A stretch of DNA of 61,975 bases, counting the filler, from Aduncisulcus paluster (taxonomy: Eukaryota): assembly GCA_024181965.1 (NCBI GenBank). It is 5 parts of 5 records of this genome, joined end to end, with 100 filler letters (N's around TTAATTAATTAA, not from the genome) between each part and the next. Parts side by side here need not be neighbours in the genome. Positions count along the whole stretch, not along the records: positions 1 to 16,060 come from BQXS01010814.1; positions 16,161 to 24,588 come from BQXS01010816.1; 3 more parts are not named here. One strand, given 5' to 3'. A program made the translations under genes and the position numbers. The notes under the pieces are model-generated. The model saw only the letters and a list, made by a program, of their open reading frames with translations, was not told the origin of the DNA and did no database searches. This document shows positions 11,711-20,928 of the stretch, piece after piece (positions within the stretch are counted from its first letter, which is position 1; each line of letters starts with the position of its first letter).

Positions 11711-14700
11711 ATGGATTGGTATTTATCGGGTCAAAAACGTGTGCATTATATTGTTAAACATTATCCGCAAACCCTTGCCAGAATTCAATTCTTTCCGCAG
11801 TATGTTATTCATTGCCATTCAGAGACCCAGAGAAAGGATATATATTCTCATTCAGGTGTTGAATCAGATCAAAAATCTCGTGAACAGTCTTCATCAGAAA
11901 AATCTACATCCGCAACCCATCTAAATTGTGCTTTGATATATGATGGGATGAAAGAGTATACGGAGTTGGATGTTAAGAAAAAACGGTTTGGATATGATTT
12001 AAATGCCATTTTAATGTCCATTGGTGGCTATAAAGCATCTTTTCATTCAATTCCTTTCAAAATGTTTCATCAAACAGTACAGACAGAAACTCCATCCTTG
12101 ATAATGCATTTTAAAGAATCTCCCCCGAAATTGACTGGTTCTACCGTTCCATCAGGCTCTTCGAAATCATTTTCAAATCATTTAACAAATTGTTGCCATA
12201 TCATTCATCCTGTTACGAACGATAAAATAGCCGTTATTGGAACAGATTCAGGTAAAATCCACATTATAAATATAACTCAACAGCGCACGGAGGGCATTCT
12301 CCTTGGACATGGATATCATCCAAAATGTAATCCGTTCAGTATGCACACCTCTCCTCCTAGCCGCACTCCTATGATCTCATCTCTCGTGAGCTGTGAGGAT
12401 GCTGGAGTCCCGTGGTATGTTGTGTCATGCGGTTTGGATGGAACCATTCGTGTCTGGGATATTATGTCAATGTTATGTGTTGGTATTTGTGAGGTATATG
12501 TATCTTCCAAAGAAAAGAAAGTTATCAGTGTTTCTCCACCGCTTGCAAAATCTGAACCCGCCCAATTATGGGCAGTTTCTGTGCGTCGTATTCATAGAAT
12601 TTCCAATAATCCTTCGTATCCTTCTCCTGAAGTGCGAGATGAATTCTTTGTCAAAGACGTTCCAGTGCCGTCTGTTCACCGCACTCCTACCACTGCCGCC
12701 ATATATGATCCAAACCAAATATTTCACGGAGAGGACCCTGTGTTCTCTCCCGCATCCAAGAGTGATGCCAAGACATCAGATTGTATTACCTCGTCCATAA
12801 TGAGTGATAAGTGTGTGTGTGTGTGTGGAGAGTTCAGAGATGTTGCTGTCTGTGTGTGGGAATGGAGTGAGATGATCGAGCATTCGGCCCGAATTGGAAA
12901 GATATCTCAGGATTCTCATTCTTCTTCCTTGCCTCTTCCTCTTGTATTCGGAGTTACTCACATCATAAATGGGGATGAGAGGGAAACAAGGAATGTTTGG
13001 GTCAGAATTGAGAAAGGAGATGATCAGATTGAACAAAAGAATTTAATGGAAAAGAAGAAAGAAGAGGAAGAAGAATTGAGAAAAAAAGAAGACGATTTGA
13101 AAGAAAAGCTATCAAAACGTCCAAGCAAAGAAGAAGAAGAAGACCGAAGAAGAGTCTTCAGATGACGAAGAGAGTTCCGATGAATCTTCAGAATCCGATT
13201 CTATTTATATCCCCACACTGTCCCTTGCTCCTCGAAGGATCTGTGTTCGGGCTGGGGTTGTGCATGGCGATTGTGATTACATTAGCTGTGCCTGGGTTGA
13301 TGATATCATCATTATTAGAAGTATGTCAGTTGGTGTCCAAGCGATCGAAGCAAGAACTCGCATCAATGCTGTCGGGAAAGTCGAAAAGATGAAATTCTAT
13401 CCAATTTGTCGATTTGTTACACCTCTCCCACGTCCTGTTTTGACAAAGCCTCCAGTAAGTTCTTATTCTCCATTAACAGCCTTTAAGAGTGGAGAACTTG
13501 GAATAATCCACCCAAACCCACAGGCATTCTCATCATCCATATCCGTTGTCTGGTACAATGGAGAATGGCTTCTTGTTGTTGGATGTTCGCTTGCAGACGT
13601 GTACTTATTCTCTCTGGGTCCGATTGTGGGTGGATGCTGTGCCAGTGGAGATTGGGAGACTTGTGGATGTATCCAACATGTATGGAGAAGGAAGATGAGA
13701 ACAAGAGCTTGGAACAAAATGAAACGGTATGTCAATGTTCTTGAACGTATGTGGATTGGAAGGAAAATACAAGAAGAGAAAGAGAAACGAAGGGCCAAGT
13801 TTTCAAGTGAAGATGCTCTTTTAAGAAATTTGATTGAAGATCCAATTAAAATTAATCGGATTCTCCAATCTACTCACTTGTTGTCCCCTCTTCATAATTG
13901 TGCCATTGGAAAGACCAAGTATACATCTCCAATATTCACCACAATCAAAGAACTTTCTGCAACTAGTCGTCTCTCTTTTTCTCTTCCAGAACCAGGGAAA
14001 GTGTATCGTGGTCGTTGGCTCATTCGTCAGGCTCATTCTTATTGGTATGCCATCCCTCAAGCTGGTGGGCAGCGTCATGAAGAGCGTATGAGTCAAGGTA
14101 TTGAGAATGAGCTGGATTATGGCGATTTCATTGATTGTTGGGAGGAAAGACGCGATTGGGATGGAATGGATGAAGAAGAAAGGGAAGAAATGGTTGCAAA
14201 GGTGAGAGCCAAGGAGGAGAAAGAAGATCTTTGGATGCAAATTGAGAGAGAGAAAGATAGGCGTGTTATCCATGACCAAGAAAGGGATCGGATAGAAGAG
14301 TACAGCGAAGAGGAGGATTCCGATGAAGAATCTGAATCTAAAAATAAGTCAAAGAAGAAGGATAGAAAAGAAAAAGACGAGGAACTGATTGAAGAATATC
14401 AGAAAGATCTGGAGAAGAGAAGAGAGGCAAGGAAGACAGAAGCTGAAGTCGTTCAGACACTGAAGATTGAAGAATCAAAACGGAGTAGGCGTGTGAGTGG
14501 AACTGTTACTCGTCCAATGAAGGATACAAAGGTGTTAAGAGAGAAAGATAGGCGTGTTATCCATGACCAAGAAAGGGATCGGATAGAAGAGTACAGCGAA
14601 GAGGAGGATTCCGATGAAGAATCTGAATCTAAAAATAAGTCAAAGAAGAAGGATAGAAAAGAAAAAGACGAGGAACTGATTGAAGAATATCAGAAAGATC

Positions 14701-15191
14701 TGGAGAAGAGAAGAGAGGCAAGGAAGACAGAAGCTGAAGTCGTTCAGACACTGAAGATTGAAGAATCAAAACGGAGTAGGCGTGTGAGTGGAACTGTTAC
14801 TCGTCCAATGAAGGATACAAAGGTGTTAAGAGAGGAAGAAAGGCTTCGCAAGCAAAAAGAAAGTGAAAAGCTCGATATCCCGTTGAGATATTGGCAAACA
14901 TTCTTCTCTGAGGAATTATTTCAGATGAGAAAAGAATTTGAATATGTTGAACCAATGTGTGAACCTCCTTTTCCTCCGTCTGCTTTGCTTGAAGTTCCTC
15001 CATCCTCCTTGCCTCTCCCAAATCCTGCAGGGATGTTCCATGTTAACTCCGTCAATGCGATGAATTATCCATCAGGGGGTCTTATAATTTCTGCGACTTT
15101 GGAGGATGATACCGTGTTGATTTGGAATTGTGCCACTTCAGCACAAGATTTATTCGATAGTGAATATGAAGGCGTTAACCATGGAAATTAA
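11711..15191 (+). CDS. WD40 protein resembling EED/ESC/FIE (PRC2 subunit), split by a +1 frameshift between ~13101 and 13165
   Basis: Ordered motifs IAVIGTDSGKIHIINI..GILLGHG, VVSCGLDGTIRVWDI, VHGDCDYISCAWVDDIIIIRS, LLVVGCSLADVYLFSL and LIISATLEDDTVLIWN parallel the EED blades. The second frame is open upstream of 13260 to ~13101. Confidence 0.55.
14247..14834 (+). repeat. 291-nt (97-aa) tandem duplication within the WD40 gene
   Basis: agagagaaagataggcgtg... at 14247 and 14538. No differences seen between the copies. Confidence 0.95.
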
Positions 15192-15994
15192 TGGGATTTA
15201 TTGAGATTGTAGAGCGTTTGATTAATCTTAAACTCTTAAATCAGGAATTGTTTCCTTCTATTCTTTGTTTCGGCTCTTTTCGAAGAGAAAGTTTTTCATT
15301 TAAAAGTTGCATATATATATACATGATTTATTTGTTGAAGTTTATTCAAGAATACCTGTTACTACAATTCAACCTTCTCAACACCATTCTTAATATAGAT
15401 TTTTCAATCTAATTTGAATTATACTATTAATATGCCATTTCCACTCAATATTCATTCTAGTAAACCCTCCAAATCAGTGATGATACTGCTATTCAGCTTT
15501 ATTATACCTTTCAAAAGGAATTATTTCGAAATTATGCGCAAATTTGTCCAAATTTCACATGAAAATAAATTTTTGCCAGTGTAAATAAAAAAAAACATCA
15601 AAACTTAGGACACAAGGATTTGAAAATGTTAGCTGTTCTACAGAATTTATGCTCGGAGCAAATTTACTATTTTGAAATAAAATATAAATTCCCAGTTTTT
15701 GGATTTGAAACCAAACCGGAACCAAAAAATGAAACATTCTTAATCCTTTAATATAATAAGATGATAACTTCAAAATAATAAATAATAATAATAGTTTCTG
15801 TCAATAATAAATAAACAACATTGTAATACCATTGTAGCGTATCTAGAACAATGCGCAGACAAATTTATTAGAAAATAAAGGTATGAACCGAAGTTCCTAA
15901 AAATAGATAACTGAGAATATAAAAGAAATAAAATAAAGCAATAAATATGATATAATATATGGTATATTACATCCTGCCCCTTTTTAGAAAAAGG

Positions 15995-16060
15995 AAGACG
16001 TGTCGAGTTTCGAACCCGAGGCAAACATTACAGATAAGATATGTTTAACCAGTTGAACCA
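15995..16060 (-). ncRNA. tRNA-like Pol III element (pseudo-tRNA or SINE head), 5' end cut by the contig end
   Basis: A box TGGTTCAACTGG, T arm TCGGG-TTCGAAA-CTCGA, canonical 23-nt spacing between D and T arms, then TTTTT. The anticodon stem does not pair. Confidence 0.55.
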
Positions 16061-16160
16061 NNNNNNNNNNNNNNNNNNNNNNNNNNNNNNNNNNNNNNNN
16101 NNNNTTAATTAATTAANNNNNNNNNNNNNNNNNNNNNNNNNNNNNNNNNNNNNNNNNNNN
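16061..16160. other. Artificial contig linker N44-TTAATTAATTAA-N44
   Basis: Six-frame stop spacer flanked by 44 Ns. Identical in four places. Confidence 0.98.
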
Positions 16161-16640
16161 ATGAGCAACAAAAAATTAGCAGAAAATTTAATCAAAGAGC
16201 TGAATCTTTTTGCCCTATCAATGCCACAGAAAAGTGATGACATTATTTTCTCAGCAGGAAAGCACGTAAGTCAATATTTAGAAAAAAAACCTGCTTCACT
16301 TAAAAAAAAGAAAGAATTAGAGCGCACATTTACTTCAAAACAAAGTCATTTGGATTCTCTTATCTGGAAAACCAAGAAACTTGAAAAATCCATTTTGCAA
16401 TACAACGATGATGCCTTGAGAAAAGAATATTCATTAAAAGTCGAAATAAGGAAAGCTGAAAGAATATTAGCCTTAAAGCAGCAGAAAAATAGAATTTTAG
16501 AGCGAGAATTGGCTCAACATTTATCATATTCAAGGAAACCTCTTATAGATACTCTCAGAGGTCCAAATCCTCTTTCAGAAATAATACCGAGTGAATTTAA
16601 AGACAATTTATTAGGTGTTTCGTTCAAAAAAACCAAATAG
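16161..16640 (+). CDS. Hypothetical coiled-coil protein (possibly 5'-truncated; +1 frame extends to 16680)
   Basis: 159-aa ORF starting at the contig edge. After the A7 run at 16626-16632 the +1 frame reads PNSKAIAPPPHDSST*. Confidence 0.55.
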   Translation: MSNKKLAENLIKELNLFALSMPQKSDDIIFSAGKHVSQYLEKKPASLKKKKELERTFTSKQSHLDSLIWKTKKLEKSILQYNDDALRKEYSLKVEIRKAERILALKQQKNRILERELAQHLSYSRKPLIDTLRGPNPLSEIIPSEFKDNLLGVSFKKTK

Positions 16641-16718
16641 CAAGGCGATAGCACCGCCACCACATGATTCTTCGACGTGATGATAGATTCGGCCACCGAT
16701 CTATTTATAGTACAGTAT

Positions 16719-17000
16719 TTATATCATTATCCTTAAATTATTTCCATGGAAGTAGAGATAATCGTTCAGCTGCGATGGTTTCCTATGACATTCCTCGGGC
16801 ATAGTAAATAAAAGATCATCGATCCAGAAACATCGATTATTCTTCTCTTCCCACGTTCCTTTCCCTTCAATCTCACACAATACAACATCTGACAAACCAA
16901 TGGGAAGGAAGTGCCATTCATAGTAACCTGCGAATTCATACTTCTTGTATGTTTTCTGATCAATCAGAAAAAGCGTGAAAGTGAAGAAAAGGAACCCCAA
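16719..17000 (-). pseudogene. Fragment of a lineage-expanded beta-rich domain family (KKYEF...EWHFLPI.L..VVLCEIEGKGTW)
   Basis: Protein-like motif with no ATG start. Recalled as a domain repeated in many Aduncisulcus hypothetical proteins (not verified). Confidence 0.45.
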
Positions 17001-17182
17001 ACCTGGGTTTAATAATCTATGATCATAATGTTCATTTTCAAGATGCTATAACTTGAAGTCCAAAAAGTTGTCGATTATTTCTCCTCTTAAATCAAATTTT
17101 GAGCTCATTTCTTATTCTTACCACATATTATGAGCAAAAATATCACCAAATAGTTCCTTTCTTTGAGCCATCTGCACAAATA

Positions 17183-17280
17183 GAGGGTATTTGGTGTGCG
17201 GGAACGAAGGATCCAATCGCCGTTAAAATAACAAGTTGATTTAAAACACCGTTCCCAATACCTTTAATTTTTTTTTTTTT
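17183..17280 (+). ncRNA. Candidate structured small RNA of unknown class, ending in a T13 run
   Basis: AGGGTATT (17184-91) pairs with AATACCTT (17257-64). GGGAACG (17200-06) pairs with CGTTCCC (17250-56). T-run at 17268-80. Confidence 0.4.
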
Positions 17281-17373
17281 ATCATTTCAATTTTCTTACC
17301 CTTCCAATATGTATGTAAGATTTTCTGTTTTGTGTGACTCTAAACATATAATCCCGATAAATAATCCCTATTT

Positions 17374-18051
17374 ATGCCTAAATCTGATAAAACACGTATT
17401 AGAGGGAAAGTATTTCATCCCTCACAGTCAGGAAGAGAATCAGTTGTAAAAGAATTAAAAAGGCGTCTTGTCGATGGAGATTTAATGAATTTAGATGAAT
17501 TACGTTCATCCTTTCAGTATTTATTGAGAAATATTGCAGTTAGTGCGAAAGAAGATTTCCAGAAGCTATTTTTCCTTGATGGTGTTCGTGTACAGGCTTT
17601 AGGAACGAGACTGTATGATGGAGAAATTCCCATCACTTCAATGTCTGATTATAAAGCATCTGGAAAATCTGGAATTCCTGCAAAACGATTGTGGCGAAAG
17701 GAAAAGAGTTTGTCGACTGATCACATCGAAAAAGAAATTTTATTGGTTAAAGAGAGATTAGAACAAGCCCAAGATATCTCAGACATGGATTTGGAACAGC
17801 TCAAGAGTCTTCAGGAAGAGAGTAGACGAAAAGAGGACCAATTGTTATCTGTTGACCCCAAAACTGGAGAGAAAGTGCCAGTCTGTGTTGAATCGTTTAA
17901 TGGATTAATTGAAGATTTGCATCGTTCTATTATAACCATTGGAAATTTGGCAAGTAACCAAGCTAGAGATCGGTCTCGGCTCATTGGGACCATTTTGGAT
18001 GAACTCACAGATTATGAAATAGATCTTTCAAAATATAAATTTATTCAGTAA
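17374..18051 (+). CDS. Hypothetical coiled-coil protein
   Basis: 225-aa ORF, ATG start, normal composition. Confidence 0.7.
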   Translation: MPKSDKTRIRGKVFHPSQSGRESVVKELKRRLVDGDLMNLDELRSSFQYLLRNIAVSAKEDFQKLFFLDGVRVQALGTRLYDGEIPITSMSDYKASGKSGIPAKRLWRKEKSLSTDHIEKEILLVKERLEQAQDISDMDLEQLKSLQEESRRKEDQLLSVDPKTGEKVPVCVESFNGLIEDLHRSIITIGNLASNQARDRSRLIGTILDELTDYEIDLSKYKFIQ

Positions 18052-18160
18052 AATATAATATAACCTAACAATATCATGCACTTTTTGCTTACTATATATT
18101 TATTATTATTTACTATTGTTAAAAATTCAAAAAGCCGATTGGTTTTGGCGTCTTAAACAA

Positions 18161-20468
18161 ATGCTCCCAATGATTTCTTCCGATATTTCTCATATTGATA
18201 ATTCAAAAGATATAAAACAACAATTTATTCAACAAGTTTCAAAAGAAAATCAAGATTTGCAAAAACAAAAAGAATCTCCTCCATTGATAGAATTTGAAGA
18301 GCAAAAGAAAGCATTACCAATATTTGCTTGGGAAAATTCCAAAGAAAATATATGTCCTCGCCGTGAAGGGAGGAAAATGAAGGATATAATGTTGGGACTC
18401 TCTGAAAAAAACAAATATGACCGAATCCTTGAGAAAAAGCGGGAAATGGAGCATAAATTACGATGTGAGCTTGATGATCCACTTGGTCCTTACTATGAAT
18501 ATGCTAAATATGCATGTGATCTCCTTGTTTCTGGAGATAATTCTATTTTATTGAAGGTTCTTGAAAGGTGTTTAAAACCCTTTATTCAGGCCGAAAAATA
18601 CAAATCCGATAAAAGATATCAAAAGCTTTGGCTAAAATATGCTGATTTACAGCGAAATCCCCAAGATGTTTTACGATTTATGTTTATTAATAGTATTGGC
18701 ATTTCCTCTTTACGATTATATACAAGATACACAGAGTTCCTTGAGGATGAAAAACGATACAATGATGCCCTTGAGATGTGGTTATACTCAAGAAAACAGA
18801 AGGCTGGAAAAAAGAAAGAAAGGGAGCATCTCATTATTGAATTCTGTGCAAGAAAACTTCAGCATGAAGCTAAAATGTTCGAAATTGGGGAAGAACAACG
18901 TGAGATTGAGTCAGTATCACAGCCAAAACCTCTCTCCTGCATTGATGATGATCCTAGCCAATCTGACGGTTTGCCTGGTTTCATGCTCTCTTTCCGTGAA
19001 CAACGATTAAGAACACATTCAAGAATACTACATACAACACATTCAACCTCCATTCCTGCACAGGCCTCCATTCCTGCACAAGGAATTGAGGTTTATTCGT
19101 CTCCACGTCACTGTCAGCATGATCAACATGATCAACATAAAAGGGATGTTTGCTCTGCCTTTGAAAGTATAATAAGGAATAGTGTTGAGAAAATCGATGG
19201 ATTTGACCCCAAAAGACCGATAACAGAAGTCGAATTGCTACTAGAGGCTTCAAAAGGAGGTGTTTTCTCAAGATTTCCAGGAATAGAACAGTACAGACAA
19301 ACTTCGGAACTAGATCGGGAAAAGTTGGTTTCGGAGAAAAAGAGAGAAAGAAGAGGAGGAAAGAAGAAAAGAGGAAGAAGAGAGGAGAAAGGAAAAGAAG
19401 AAGAGAAAGAAGAAGAGAAAGAGAGAAGAAGAAGAAGAAGGAGAAGAAGAAGAAGAAGAGAGAGGAGAGGAGGTTGAGAAATCTTCTTCTAAAAATAGAC
19501 TTCACCATAGATCAGGACAAGCAAGATCTGCTCATCGTTCTAAAAATAGATCAATAGCTTCTCAAGATGATTCTATGATTAAATCCAATCCTCCATCTCT
19601 TCACCAAATTGATGTTATATCCCCAAGCTTTGTCGAAAAAAGTAAGAGTAAGAGAAAGAGTAAGAGTATGAATATTATTTGTGATGATGCCTCTGATCAT
19701 CAATATATTGAAGAAGAAGAGGAAAAAGAAAAAAAAGAAGAAGAGGAAGAGGAAGAAGAAGGAATTGAAATTCAAGAGCGTGAGAAACTTCTCAAAAAAG
19801 GTTACCAACATGGCAAAAAACGCCACTCGTCTAAATCGAAGAAAAAATCTTCAGATCATATCTCTGTATTCGGCTCATCTTCTTCTCACAAGCGTCATTC
19901 TTCTTCATCATCTTCTCATCGACACCATAGTCATTCAATCCATTCTAAATCTTCTATTTTACAAGGAGATGCTCTTCCGATGTTCTCAAGAAATGTTGAA
20001 AATATTATCCCATCATCGGCTTCTCTTTCAACTCTTTCAACTTCTTCAACTATTGCTTCCTCTTCTTCTTTATCGTCTGCTCCATCAACTTCTTCTTTCT
20101 CACGTTCTATAATTAGTCTGGGTGGTGAAGAATCAATTCATCATGTTTCTACAGGTCAATCATCATCTTTTGCCCCATCCACAACCGGACCAGAAGTTGG
20201 TGGTGGAGACATTGGTATTTCCAATATCAACTCAGGATTTGATATCCATATAGATGAAGTCTTTGCCAGTTCAATGAGGAAAATGTCAGAGTTGGACCAA
20301 ACAATTGATTCAAAAGTTGAATGTGGTGAGCTTCAAAAGGAAAGAAGTGAAGCTTTTGATTTATTATCCAAGATTAGTGGGACTTTACTTATTAATTCTG
20401 ATTCTACTACTTCAATAAGGAAAAAAAGACATTCAAAAAGACCATCAAGAAGAAAGCATAATGAGTAA
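18161..20468 (+). CDS. MAD3: Mad3/BubR1-like spindle checkpoint protein without a kinase domain; net +1 frameshift in purine tract 19333-19473
   Basis: KEN box WENSKENICPRREGR, then the Mad3_BUB1_I TPR domain (DDPLGPY...LERC...YKSDKRYQKLWLKYAD). ABBA-consensus FDIHID lies in the downstream frame at 20238-20255. Confidence 0.8.
19333..19473 (+). repeat. 141-nt purine-only low-complexity tract
   Basis: Only A and G between 19333 and 19473. Confidence 0.9.
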
Positions 20469-20928
20469 AAATAAAATAGTAAAACGTTTGAAGTGAAAAA
20501 AGCGCTTTAAAGCTGAGTATTAAAAAAAGTGTTGTTTTGCCCATTATGTCTTCTTTGTCTTTATTTTTTCTTGTTTTAGAGCTTTGTTTAGAGCATGTCT
20601 TGCTCCACAACCGGGCTGAACTGGGATTTAACGAAATAAACTAACTTCAAATCAAGTTGATCATAAATGGCGTATCATTTCATTATTTTAAAATCGATTA
20701 AATAAAATAAATATATTATGTACTATAAAGTTCATATTTAAAAATGAGATGCTATTTTAGTGGTCTCAACTCCTTGTAACAGATTTTCGTTTCTATGTCT
20801 AGTTTTGTGTGCCAAATAATTAATCTTTTGAAAGATTTGTCGTTATTTTGTGTTTATTTGGTAAATAATTAGGTGATTTTTTCTCTTATTTGGTGTTTTT
20901 ATTCAAAGTCTTTGTCTCTCCTTGGTAT

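Noticed and set aside
16641..16704. U1-like snRNA (GGCG-ATAGCAC-CGCC loop)
   Set aside because: No ACTTACC-type 5' end or U1-70K loop. The GC content is better explained as the +1-frame coding tail of the upstream ORF.
18141..18152. E2F-like TTTTGGCG promoter site (similar at 2827-2837 and 39728-39736)
   Set aside because: Only three loose instances at inconsistent distances from the ATG and in unrelated genes. Not supportable without genome-wide counts.
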